Source: an uncultured delta proteobacterium (GTDB lineage: Bacteria; Myxococcota; Myxococcia; Myxococcales; Myxococcaceae). Taken from it: a DNA stretch of 64,000 nt. The DNA is taken from contig CAVYSY010000033.1 in NCBI GenBank assembly GCA_963771175.1, forward strand, positions 256,001-320,000. The letters run 5' to 3'. The notes beneath the pieces are model-generated. The model was not told the DNA's origin and did no database searches. It saw only the letters and a program-made list of their open reading frames with translations. The translations under genes and the position numbers were made by a program. Positions 19,654 through 28,623 of this stretch are shown in pieces (within the stretch, counting starts at the first letter, position 1; every line of letters starts with the position of its first letter).

Positions 19654-20609
19654 GACTTCGCCTCGACCCGCATGTCCTCGAGGGTGAGACCGCGCCCGGC
19701 CAACGCGCTCTTCAGACCCTCGCGCTGCTCCTCGAGCATCTTCAACACGTCACGATCACTGCCGCTGAAGACGGCCTGGATCTTCCCGTTCTTCGCGCTG
19801 AGCTTGATGGACAGGCCGCTGAGCACGTCGCCCCGGAGGTCGATCTGGAACTCCGCGTGGCCCGCGGCATTGGTGCCCACCCGCACCCGCTCGACGATCT
19901 TCTGGGCGATCTCGTTGGCGATGGCGCGCAGCCGCTCCGAGCCCGCGCCCGGCTTGGGCTTGGCCACCGGCACGGGCGCCATCAGCGCGGGGTTGAAACG
20001 GAAGCCGGCGGCCAGCTCCGGCGCGCCGTCCTTCTTGTCCTTGCCGTCCCCGCTGCCCTTGCCGCCGCCGTCCGCGTCCGTCTTGAGAGCGCCCTTGCTC
20101 CGGCCCGCCTGGGCGCCGGCCGCCGCGTTCTCGCTGCCCTTGCTCAGCGACTCGCCGCGCTCGCCCAGGGCGTCGTCGGTCGTCTTCGCGTCCGCGAGGC
20201 GCGACTCGGCGCGCGTGTGCACCACGCCCTGGTCGTTCTGCCGGCCCTGGGTCGCCTGGCTCGTCTGGGACGAGTCCGTCTGACGCCCCTCGGTCAGCCG
20301 CTCGCCCTCGCCCGTACGCGCCTGCTGGGTGCGCTCGCCCTGGGCCTTGTCCAACTGGCGATGCTGGGTGCGCTGGGTGTCCCCGCGCTGCTCCGTCTTC
20401 GCATCCTGCTGCAGGCGCGCCAGGACCGACTTCCCAATGCCCTGCTGCTGCTGCTGCTGGGCCTGGGGGGTCTTCTGCTGCTGGACCAGCTTGGAGAAGG
20501 CGTTCTCGCCCTCCGTGCGCTGCTTGTTCTTGGACTCCTGGAGGCGCTTCTCCTGGACGAGCCGCTCCGCGGCCTTCTGTGCCTGACGATCGTCTTCGAC
20601 TCGGCTCAT
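19650..20609 (-). CDS. sctP: Ruler protein SctP/FliK-like
   Basis: Disordered Gln-rich N-terminus; C-terminal T3S4-like domain (...GLKSALAGRGLTL); position between sctO and sctQ. Confidence 0.7.
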   Translation of the reverse strand: MSRVEDDRQAQKAAERLVQEKRLQESKNKQRTEGENAFSKLVQQQKTPQAQQQQQQGIGKSVLARLQQDAKTEQRGDTQRTQHRQLDKAQGERTQQARTGEGERLTEGRQTDSSQTSQATQGRQNDQGVVHTRAESRLADAKTTDDALGERGESLSKGSENAAAGAQAGRSKGALKTDADGGGKGSGDGKDKKDGAPELAAGFRFNPALMAPVPVAKPKPGAGSERLRAIANEIAQKIVERVRVGTNAAGHAEFQIDLRGDVLSGLSIKLSAKNGKIQAVFSGSDRDVLKMLEEQREGLKSALAGRGLTLEDMRVEAKS

Positions 20610-20639
20610 TGCGTCACACCGCCTGGGGGAACCCCGAGG

Positions 20640-21128
20640 TTACTTGCGCTGGCGCATCAGGAACAAGGTGTTCCCGATTTCCTCCTGGTTCAGCTCCTCC
20701 TTGGCCTGGCGCTCGGCCCGGAGTTGCTTCTGCCAGGTATCCTTGTGCTTCTCGATGGCCTTGAGCTCCTTGGCAGCCTCGGCCATCTCCCGCCGCCGCT
20801 GCTCCACCAGTCGCTCGGCGACCTTGACGGCCTCCTTCTGCCGCTCGATCTCCAGGGAGATCTGCGCCTCCTCGTCCTTGAGGCGCTCCTCGTAGCGGTT
20901 CATCATGGTGAGGCCGTTGACGCCGGCGCCCTTGGCCATGACCTGTTGGGAGTAGGCCAGCACCTTCTGCTTGCGCTCGGCCTTGCGCTTCTCGAGCTCC
21001 TGCTCGAGCCGCTTCTGCTCGGCCTTCTCCTTCTCCAGCGCCTTGACGGCGTTGGAGAAGGCCTGCTCGGCCTCCTCCTTCGCACGCTCGCGCATCTCGA
21101 GCAGGACCTGCAACCGGTAGGGGGGCAT
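20640..21128 (-). CDS. sctO: Stalk protein SctO/FliJ
   Basis: YRLQVLLEMRE start, coiled coil, directly after ATPase. Confidence 0.85.
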   Translation of the reverse strand: MPPYRLQVLLEMRERAKEEAEQAFSNAVKALEKEKAEQKRLEQELEKRKAERKQKVLAYSQQVMAKGAGVNGLTMMNRYEERLKDEEAQISLEIERQKEAVKVAERLVEQRRREMAEAAKELKAIEKHKDTWQKQLRAERQAKEELNQEEIGNTLFLMRQRK

Positions 21129-21179
21129 GATGCCCGCATCCTAGCGCGGAAAGGCCCCGTCGCGTCACTCCCCGCGGCG

Positions 21180-22493
21180 TCAGTCCGCGAAGAGGCCGAT
21201 GAGCTGCTCGACGGTCTCCTCGAAGCCACTGTTGGAGTGGGTATCCTGCTTGAGGAAGTCGATGATGGAGTCGTACTTGTCGATGGCGTAGTCCGTCCGG
21301 GGGTCCGTCCCGTACTGGTAGGCGCCCAGGAGGATGAGGTCGCGCTGCTTCTCGTACGTGGAGAGCGTCTCGCGCAGCTTGCCGGCCGCCTTCTTGTGCT
21401 CCTTGGAAACGATGCCGCTCATCACACGGGAGAGGCTGGCCAGCACGTCCATGGCGGGCCACTGGTTGCGCTCGCCCAGGGCACGGTTGAGGATGAAGTG
21501 GCCGTCGAGAATACCGCGGACCTCGTCGGCGATGGGCTCTTCCATGTCACCGCCGGCCACGAGGCAGGTGTAGATGGCGGTGCACTTGCCCTTGTCCGAG
21601 TTGCCCGTGCGCTCGAGGATGCGCGGCAGCATGGAGAACACGCTCGGCGGATAGCCTTGGCGCGCCGGGGGTTCACCGATGGCGAGGCCGATCTCACGCT
21701 GGGCGCGGGCCAGACGCGTCACCGTGTCGAGCATGAAGAGCACGTTGCCGCCACGCTCGCGGAAGTACTCGGCGATGGCCGTGGCCACGTAGGCGGCGCG
21801 CAGACGCACGAGGCTCGGCTGGTCCGAGGTGGCGCACACCAGCACGGAGCGCTTCATGCCCTCCTCGCCCATGGCGTCCTCGATGAACTCGCGAACCTCG
21901 CGACCACGCTCGCCGATCAGCGCCACCACGCACAGATCCGCCTTGGTGTTGCGGGCGATCTGCCCCATCAGCGTGGACTTGCCGACGCCCGAGCCGGCGA
22001 AGAGGCCCACGCGCTGGCCCTCTCCCACGGTGAGCAGCCCGTCGATGCAGCGCACCCCGAGCGGCAGCGGGCGTTCGATGCGCTGGCGCTTGAACGGGTC
22101 CGGGCAGTCCCGGTCCACCGACCAATCGATCAGGCCCCCGGGCAGCGGACTGCCGTCCATGGGCTCGCCAATGCCATTGAGCACGCGGCCCAGCAGCCCT
22201 TCCCCGCACTTGATGGAGAGGGGCCTGCCCGTGGGGATGACCTCGCTGTCCGGGCCGATGCCGTACAGCTCACCCAGGGGCATGAGCATCACCTCGTCGC
22301 CCTGGAAGCCCACCACCTCGGCCTTCACGGAGCTGCGGCTGCCATGGCCCTTGATGACGACCAACTCGCCCACCCGCACGCCAGGCACGCTCGCCTTGAT
22401 GACGAGACCCGTCAGCTCGGTGACGCGGCCCCGCACCCGGTACAGCGGCGCTTCCTTGATCAGCGAGTAGTAGCGCGAGAGATCGATGGCCAT
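21180..22493 (-). CDS. sctN: T3SS ATPase SctN (FliI family)
   Basis: Walker A AGSGVGKS, LIGERGREVREF, GEPPARQGYPPS, DEVRGILDGH. Confidence 0.97.
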   Translation of the reverse strand: MAIDLSRYYSLIKEAPLYRVRGRVTELTGLVIKASVPGVRVGELVVIKGHGSRSSVKAEVVGFQGDEVMLMPLGELYGIGPDSEVIPTGRPLSIKCGEGLLGRVLNGIGEPMDGSPLPGGLIDWSVDRDCPDPFKRQRIERPLPLGVRCIDGLLTVGEGQRVGLFAGSGVGKSTLMGQIARNTKADLCVVALIGERGREVREFIEDAMGEEGMKRSVLVCATSDQPSLVRLRAAYVATAIAEYFRERGGNVLFMLDTVTRLARAQREIGLAIGEPPARQGYPPSVFSMLPRILERTGNSDKGKCTAIYTCLVAGGDMEEPIADEVRGILDGHFILNRALGERNQWPAMDVLASLSRVMSGIVSKEHKKAAGKLRETLSTYEKQRDLILLGAYQYGTDPRTDYAIDKYDSIIDFLKQDTHSNSGFEETVEQLIGLFAD

Positions 22494-22495
22494 GG

Positions 22496-23170
22496 CTACG
22501 GAGGACCCTCCTTCTTGCCCTGATCCGGGAACAGCACGTTCTGCAGCATCTCGAACTGGGTGGGGAGCTGCGCGTCCACCGTGCCGAACTCCGTCTGCAC
22601 GATGCAGCCCACCGGGGCCACGTCCGGATCCTCGCGGATGGCCACGTCCACCGCCCGGCCGATGAGCTCCATCAGCTCCGACTTGCGAGCGCGCAGCACC
22701 GCCGCCGACTTGGGATTCACCCGGAGCACCACCGCCCGGGCGTTGCGCAGCTCCTCGATGGCCTTGGCGCAGATGTCCACCAGCAGCGTCGGGTCTCGCT
22801 CCACGTCGCGGCCGATGATCTTCTCGGAGATCTTGCACGCCAGGGCGACCACGTCCTGCTCCTGCCGGGCCAGGATGTCCCCGGCCTGCATCTTCGCGCG
22901 GAGGATGATCTCCGTGGCCTGGGCCATGCCCTCCTGCTTGCCTTGCTCGCGGGCCTTGGCCAGCACGTCCTCGCGCTCCTTCTGGGCCTCCGCGAGGATG
23001 CGCTCCTTCTCCCTCTGCGCCTCCTCGATGATGCCCTGGGCCGTCTGCCGAGCATCGAAGACCTCGGCGTTCATCACGCCCGCGCGCGGAGGTGGACGCA
23101 ATGCCGGCCGTTCCCCGCCGGACGGCGAATCGGTCGCCGAATCGCCCTTGATCACCTTGCCGATCGCCAT
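22496..23170 (-). CDS. sctL: Stator SctL/FliH
   Basis: AxxxG repeats (AREQGKQEG), LRVNP, GCIVQTEFGTVDA. Confidence 0.9.
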   Translation of the reverse strand: MAIGKVIKGDSATDSPSGGERPALRPPPRAGVMNAEVFDARQTAQGIIEEAQREKERILAEAQKEREDVLAKAREQGKQEGMAQATEIILRAKMQAGDILARQEQDVVALACKISEKIIGRDVERDPTLLVDICAKAIEELRNARAVVLRVNPKSAAVLRARKSELMELIGRAVDVAIREDPDVAPVGCIVQTEFGTVDAQLPTQFEMLQNVLFPDQGKKEGPP

Positions 23171-23194
23171 CGAAGACTCCTTGTCAGCGGGATG

Positions 23195-24763
23195 CTAGCG
23201 CGTTCCGCCCCGCGGTCCACGCCCACTCGTACCCTGTTCGCCCGGCCGAGAGCGTCGCTGGACCCTCGTCCCCTCCTCCTTCACCGCCGGCAGGGAGGTG
23301 CTGGTGCCCACCACCCGTGGAGGGCGCTCGGATTCCACCTCGGGCTCGACACGGGGCGCGGCGCTCCGGCTGTGCGTGCGCGCTACCGGGGAGCGAAAGA
23401 CGCGCGAGCCCTCCGCCTCCGGGACAACCGGCTCTTCGACACGAGACCGGGTGGGGCCCCGGGTGGGTGCCGGCCCAATCCGGACCCCGGTGGGATCCCT
23501 CGCCATCGCCATGGATGGCTCCTGCCGATCCTTCCGGGGGGTCACCCGACTCACCCGCGAGGAGTCCGCCGCATCTTCCTGCGAACGTCCCGCGTAGCTC
23601 GGGCCGACGGCCCCCGCCCGGCGAGCCTCGCGCTCGGCGATGGGATCCCTCCGCACGCCCACCACCGACTGGGAGGACATGGAGCGCCGGACCGAGGGCT
23701 CCGAGCTGGCACCCGCGCGCATCTCCCGCGATAGGGACGGACCGCGCGCCGGGGGAGGCGCCGCCGGCCTGGCGACGGCTGGAGGAGGAGGACCAAGAGA
23801 GGGCGGACGCGCCGGGGTGACCCGGACCGGGCGCTCGATGAGGCCTCGGGCCGCGAGCCGCTCCAGGTCCGAGACGATGTCCGTACGGCCACCGTCGCCG
23901 CGGCTCGTCGGCTTGGCGCGCTCCTCGCGCACCCACTTCGCGAGGGTCTGCCCGAACTCGCCGCGATGCTTCTCCAGCAGACGTGCCGCGAACTCGGGGG
24001 ACTGGATCACGCTCGCACGCGCCAGCCGGTGCACTCCGGCCCCCCGAATGGTGGCGGCCAGGCTCTGCAAGCCACCGTACTGCTCGAGCTGCGCCTTGGC
24101 GTCCTCCTCGGCGAGCTTTCGCGGCGCATTGGCGGACACGGACCGCGTGGCGAGCTGGCGCAGGTGCGGCGGCAGTGCCGCGAAGGCCGGCTCCCGCTCC
24201 GCCTCGGGCAGGCCCGCCAGCGCCGGCCCCAGCACGCGCGCCCCCAGCCGATCGCACACGGTGAGCAGCTCGCGCGTCTGCAGCACCAGCACGTCGGGGA
24301 ACTTGAAGGGGACATGCGGCGCGGACTCGCGCGAGAGCAGCTCCTCCAGCGTCCAGCGCACGATGTCCAGCACCTGGGGCCGGACGTCGCGCGTGAACTT
24401 CACCCGCCCCGTGGAGGGCAGGTGGGAGCGCACCGCGTCCGCCAGCGGCGCCGGCAGCGCACGCAGCACCACCTCCACGACAGCCAGGCGCTCGCGCTTG
24501 AGCAGGCCCGCCAGACGCTCCGGATCCGCGCTCCACAACTGCCCACGCCGATCCCTCACCAGCCGCTTGATCTCCTGGACCAGCAGCGGGATGCGCTTCT
24601 CGCGCGGAATCTGGGAGATCTCCTGAGCCCGGTGCTGGAGCAGCTCCGCCTCATCCTCGGGCAGGTGCTCCAGCGCGCTGATGCCCTCCTGACCACCGAA
24701 GGTAATGGCGGTCAGCAGCATCATCGTCTGTCGCTTGCTCAGCGAGGTGAAGAACTGGTCCAA
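23195..24763 (-). CDS. T3SS protein at the SctK/FliG position
   Basis: Helical N-terminal ~310 aa plus Pro/Arg-rich tail; between sctJ and sctL; identity is positional inference. Confidence 0.5.
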   Translation of the reverse strand: MDQFFTSLSKRQTMMLLTAITFGGQEGISALEHLPEDEAELLQHRAQEISQIPREKRIPLLVQEIKRLVRDRRGQLWSADPERLAGLLKRERLAVVEVVLRALPAPLADAVRSHLPSTGRVKFTRDVRPQVLDIVRWTLEELLSRESAPHVPFKFPDVLVLQTRELLTVCDRLGARVLGPALAGLPEAEREPAFAALPPHLRQLATRSVSANAPRKLAEEDAKAQLEQYGGLQSLAATIRGAGVHRLARASVIQSPEFAARLLEKHRGEFGQTLAKWVREERAKPTSRGDGGRTDIVSDLERLAARGLIERPVRVTPARPPSLGPPPPAVARPAAPPPARGPSLSREMRAGASSEPSVRRSMSSQSVVGVRRDPIAEREARRAGAVGPSYAGRSQEDAADSSRVSRVTPRKDRQEPSMAMARDPTGVRIGPAPTRGPTRSRVEEPVVPEAEGSRVFRSPVARTHSRSAAPRVEPEVESERPPRVVGTSTSLPAVKEEGTRVQRRSRPGEQGTSGRGPRGGTR

Positions 24764-24804
24764 CGGTCACCCCGCGGGAGAGAGACGTTCCAGAAAAACG
24801 ACGG

Positions 24805-25599
24805 TCACTGCTTGGAGCGGGCCCGCGCCGTAGCGGCGCCACCACCACCGCCGCGCATCAGAGACCACGCCGACAGGCCGATGGCGGCCAGGATGATCAG
24901 CACGGACACGCCAGCCATCATGCGGAACTGGCCCACGCTGGCCGCCGTCATGCGCATGCCCATGACGTCCTGCAGGCGGCTCTCCGCGCTCACCTCCGCG
25001 TCGGTGGCGACCGCGGCCGTCAGCAGCACCGTGACCGCTTCCGGCTTCAGCTCCGGCACGGCGGTGGAGACGAACTTCCGCACGTCATCGGGCTGGATGG
25101 GCGGCTGGTTCTTCGGGCCGGGCCGGTACTTGACGAACACCGACGACGAGGGCATCGGCTTGTTCTCCGGCTGGGTGAGGTCGTTGTTCTCCGGGATCAT
25201 CACGATGACCCGGGCCTCCAGCACGCCGTCGATCTGGTTCAGTGCGTTGGACACCTCACCACCGAGCGCCTTGAGCATCATGGCGCGCTCCTCGGTGGCG
25301 GTGGGCACCATGCCGCCCTTGGCGAAGTGGTTCAGCCCCTTCTCCATCGGGCGCGGCAGCGAGTACGCCCGCAACAACTCCGCAGCCTGAGCGGCGTCCG
25401 CCTTGGGGACCACGATGCGGAAGCGGACCTCGTTTCCGCCCTCTTCCTTCATCTTGGTGGCGGCGATGCCGTTCTTGCTGAGCAGGACGTAGATCTCATT
25501 GGCGTCCTGCTCGGTGAGATCGTGCTGCAGGTCGATGGAGCAGCCAGTCCCCAGCACGAGGGCGAGGAGGGCGGCGAGCGCGTACGGTCGGAGCGTCAT
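24805..25599 (-). CDS. sctJ: Inner-membrane ring lipoprotein SctJ
   Basis: Lipobox LGTG|C, LTEQDANEI, IDGVLEARV, PSSSVFVKY, C-terminal TM. Confidence 0.93.
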   Translation of the reverse strand: MTLRPYALAALLALVLGTGCSIDLQHDLTEQDANEIYVLLSKNGIAATKMKEEGGNEVRFRIVVPKADAAQAAELLRAYSLPRPMEKGLNHFAKGGMVPTATEERAMMLKALGGEVSNALNQIDGVLEARVIVMIPENNDLTQPENKPMPSSSVFVKYRPGPKNQPPIQPDDVRKFVSTAVPELKPEAVTVLLTAAVATDAEVSAESRLQDVMGMRMTAASVGQFRMMAGVSVLIILAAIGLSAWSLMRGGGGGAATARARSKQ

Positions 25600-25670
25600 G
25601 GGCGGTCCTAGCTTAGATGTGGCGCCTTGTTTCCAACAAGACCCAACCCGGAAAGAGGGGGCAAAACGCG

Positions 25671-25706
25671 AAAAGGCGCCCCCTCCCATTGGAGGAGACG
25701 CCCTTC
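25671..25706 (-). terminator. Rho-independent terminator after sctI-like gene
   Basis: GGGCGTCTCCTCC-AAT-GGGAGGGGGCGCC followed by TTTT. Confidence 0.7.
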
Positions 25707-25734
25707 TGGGGGACCGGCAAAAGCCGGCCGCTCG

Positions 25735-26268
25735 CTACACCTGGGTCTTCAGGGTGTCCTTGAGGCCGCTGGTGGCCTTCTCGACCACCTTGCTCGTCAG
25801 ATCCAGCTCCTGGGTGTACTTGTACATACCCGCCTGGAGCGAGATCAGCTCGGCGTTGGAGAAGCTCTTCCCCGAGGCGCCGGCCTTGATGAGCTTCTCC
25901 ATGTTGAGCTGGCCCTTCTCCAGCTCGCTGACGACGTGCGAGAGCATGCCGCCGCTCTTGCTCGCCTCCTGCTTGCCGGTGACGGCCTCGGCGCCGCGCG
26001 CGGTGGCGGGCTCCTGGCCAGCGGTGTTCACCTTGTTGAGCGCCGCCTTCTCCGTCTTGTTGACGGCCTCGGTCTGACGCACCTGCTCGGCGCGCTGGGT
26101 GGCCTGAGCCGCCTGAGCCGCCTGGGCCTGCTCCGGCCCCTGAGCCTTGTTAGCGAGGGCCGCGTCGAACTTCGAGGCCCCCTGCTTGTTGACCTGCTGC
26201 GCGCCCTGATCCTGCACCTTCTGCTGGGCGACCTGAGCTGCCGAGACGCCGGCCATCGGACCCGCCAT
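25735..26268 (-). CDS. Inner rod SctI/HrpB2-like protein
   Basis: C-terminus ELISLQAGMYKYTQELDLTSKVVEKATSGLKDTLKTQ; just upstream of sctJ; AGGAGG RBS. Confidence 0.75.
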   Translation of the reverse strand: MAGPMAGVSAAQVAQQKVQDQGAQQVNKQGASKFDAALANKAQGPEQAQAAQAAQATQRAEQVRQTEAVNKTEKAALNKVNTAGQEPATARGAEAVTGKQEASKSGGMLSHVVSELEKGQLNMEKLIKAGASGKSFSNAELISLQAGMYKYTQELDLTSKVVEKATSGLKDTLKTQV

Positions 26269-26980
26269 GTGACTGCCTCCTTGAATCCACAGGGGAGGAA
26301 GACTCCTCCTCGTTCAACAGTTCCTTGAGCCGTTCGATCGCCCGCGCATGCAGGCGAGACGCCCAGCTCTTCGACTGCCCGATCTCCGCCCCCGCCTCTT
26401 CCAGCGTCTTGCCCTGGAAGTAGTAGCCCTGCAGAAGCCGGCGCTCCTTCTCCGGCAACTTCTCGATGGCTGCCCTCACCCTCACCCGCTGCTGCTCGAG
26501 CTCCAGCCGTTGATCCACCGGCAGGGACTCGTCCGAGAAACCCAGCGAGTCTGCACCTTCGAGGCTGGTCGCGAACACCATCGCCAGTCCCGCCACCGCG
26601 TTGGAGATGTCCATTACATCATCGTCAATGGACCCCCCGCGGTTGCCTCCTCCCTGCTCGCGATCCGAAAGATTTCCCAGATACGCGGAGGCCCGCTCAC
26701 TCATGTAGGAGGAGCGCGCATCGCCCCCCTTGAGCACTCCCATCTTGCGCAGGCCATCGTAGATGGCGCCCTTGATGCGGTAGTGGGCAAAGGTGAGGAA
26801 GTTGGCTCCTACCTTGGGATCAAAGCGATCGGCCGCCTCCAGGAGGCCAATCTGGCCGTAGGCGATGAGCTCGTCGAGCTCGAGCTGGGCGGAGAACTGC
26901 CTGCGCACGGTCGCCGCCAGCGACCGCACGTAGGGGCCGTACTTCTCCAGGAGAACCTTCTTGTCTTCGCCGAGCCCCAA
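26150..26980 (-). CDS. FliA/WhiG-type sigma factor
   Basis: DELIAYGQIGLLEAADRFDP..FLTFAHYRIKGAIYDGLR (region 2); LPEKERRLL..YYFQGKTLEEAG..SWASRLH (region 4). Confidence 0.9.
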   Translation of the reverse strand: MGLGEDKKVLLEKYGPYVRSLAATVRRQFSAQLELDELIAYGQIGLLEAADRFDPKVGANFLTFAHYRIKGAIYDGLRKMGVLKGGDARSSYMSERASAYLGNLSDREQGGGNRGGSIDDDVMDISNAVAGLAMVFATSLEGADSLGFSDESLPVDQRLELEQQRVRVRAAIEKLPEKERRLLQGYYFQGKTLEEAGAEIGQSKSWASRLHARAIERLKELLNEEESSSPVDSRRQSHGGSDGRRLGSSGRPAEGAGSGRAAGQQAGGLEVRRGPR

Positions 26981-26987
26981 GCGCCGC

Positions 26988-27398
26988 TCACTCAGCCTTC
27001 GACCACAACCGCTCGAGGGCCTGATTCAAACGGGGATCATCCTGCAGGGCGTCGGCGATCTTGCTGGTCAAGGCCGACGACTTCATCCGCAGCTTCTCCT
27101 TGAGCACCTCGGAGACGAGCTTGCGCGTCGCCTCGTCCTTGCTCTTGAAGTCCCCGTTCTTCAGTTGTTTGGCGATGGCAAGCGCCTGGGAGGTGATGGG
27201 ATCCGTGGCCTGGGGCCCCTGCACGTTGCTGGAGCCCACCGCACCGGAGGGACCTACCAGGCCCGCGGAGCGATCCACCGTGCCACCAAAAGTCGCAGCC
27301 CCTGCCTTGCCGGCTGACGCCTTGCCGGCGGGCCCCTTGGCGCCCCCGGCACGTCCCTTTCCGCCGCCTCGTCCGACTCCACCGACCGACATCGGCAT
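26988..27398 (-). CDS. Hypothetical, possibly FlgM-like anti-sigma or secreted substrate
   Basis: Gly/Ala-rich N-half; helical C-half AIAKQLKNGDFKSKDEATRKLV; next to sigma gene. Confidence 0.45.
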   Translation of the reverse strand: MPMSVGGVGRGGGKGRAGGAKGPAGKASAGKAGAATFGGTVDRSAGLVGPSGAVGSSNVQGPQATDPITSQALAIAKQLKNGDFKSKDEATRKLVSEVLKEKLRMKSSALTSKIADALQDDPRLNQALERLWSKAE

Positions 27399-27417
27399 GA
27401 CCTCCTGTCAATGCATT

Positions 27418-27855
27418 CTACTTCTTCGCGGTGGCTGGAGGCAGAGCCCCCGCCTCCTTCGCCTCGAGGAGCGCCTTGGCCAGGCGAGCCCCGTCACCCT
27501 CGGGCTCCAGGTCCATGGCGGCCTTCAACTCCTTCAGGGCCTCCGGCACCTTACCCATGAACAGCAGGGCCTCGCCCGCGTGTGCCCGCGGCAGAGCGGA
27601 GTTGGGAGCGAGCCGCTGGGCCGCCCGGTAGGACTGCAGCGCCTTGTCGTGACGACCCTGGGCGAACTCGAGCGAACCGAGCGCCAGTTGCGGCACCTCG
27701 CTCTTGGGCATCAGCACCGCGGCCCCGGCGAAGACTTCACGCGCCTTCTCGAACTGGCCCATGTCGAGCCACAGATAGCCCGCCTCGAGGAGGATCATCG
27801 CCTCACGCCGAGCGAGGGGAACGAGGCTGCCCGAGATCTCCGAAGTCTCCGCCAT
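27418..27855 (-). CDS. TPR protein (SctG/YscG-like needle chaperone by position)
   Basis: Three TPRs; follows needle-like gene. Confidence 0.7.
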   Translation of the reverse strand: MAETSEISGSLVPLARREAMILLEAGYLWLDMGQFEKAREVFAGAAVLMPKSEVPQLALGSLEFAQGRHDKALQSYRAAQRLAPNSALPRAHAGEALLFMGKVPEALKELKAAMDLEPEGDGARLAKALLEAKEAGALPPATAKK

Positions 27856-27949
27856 GTGTCGTCCGCTTCCTTTTCTGGTCCGGGAAGGCCCGGAGGGAGC
27901 AACCGCGTCCCCCCGAGCCCCGGACCCCTGAGACCGCCAGCGACAAGCG

Positions 27950-28486
27950 CTAGCGGATGTTGCCGATCGCGTTCTTCGACGTATCGTGCCGCGTCTTCAG
28001 CACGTTGGAAATGGTGCTGAACACCTGGTTCTCCTTCTGCATGGAGATCTGCACGCCCAGGAGCTTCTTCTGCTCGGAGAACATGCTCTGCATCTCTCCG
28101 TTGAACTCGCCGCCCACGTTGCTGTTACCGCCCACGTTGACGGAGCCGGTGCCGCCGGTGCTGCCACCCGGGATGCCACCGCCGGAGCCCACCGTGGTGT
28201 TCGCGGGCACGCCGCCCGAGGACAGGGCCGCGCCGACGTAGGGGGCCGAGCCGGAGCCGCTCGAGTTGCTGAAAGTGGTCAGCGAGGACACCGCGGCGGA
28301 CACCACGGAGCCACCGGGCACCAGGTTGGCCGCCATGCCCACGCCACCAGCCACCACGTTGGCCGCGGTGCCAACACCCGACTGCACGCGAGCCGAGAAG
28401 CTCGTGTCCGGGGTCGCCCGGGCCGTCGTCATGTTGGTGGACATCCGGGGCATGTTCAGCGAGCTGTCGATTCCCTTCACACTCAT
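27950..28486 (-). CDS. Second needle/filament-like subunit (SctF-like C-terminus)
   Basis: C-terminus LLGVQISMQKENQVFSTISNVLKTRHDTSKNAIGNIR; Gly/Ser-rich middle. Confidence 0.62.
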   Translation of the reverse strand: MSVKGIDSSLNMPRMSTNMTTARATPDTSFSARVQSGVGTAANVVAGGVGMAANLVPGGSVVSAAVSSLTTFSNSSGSGSAPYVGAALSSGGVPANTTVGSGGGIPGGSTGGTGSVNVGGNSNVGGEFNGEMQSMFSEQKKLLGVQISMQKENQVFSTISNVLKTRHDTSKNAIGNIR

Positions 28487-28553
28487 GGTTCTTCTCCAGG
28501 CAATGGAACGACCAGGTTCAGAGCCCCGTGGGGTCCGGCGCTCTCACTCCTGC

Positions 28554-28583
28554 ATTATCGGTGATCGCCCGACGCAGTTGCGT
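28554..28583 (-). promoter_or_regulatory. Putative sigma28-like promoter
   Basis: ACGCAACT-N15-CGATAAT (CCGATAAT) upstream of the ATG at 28486. Confidence 0.72.
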
Positions 28584-28623
28584 CTGATCCAAATAAAAAG
28601 GCGATCAGACCCCAAAACGCCTG

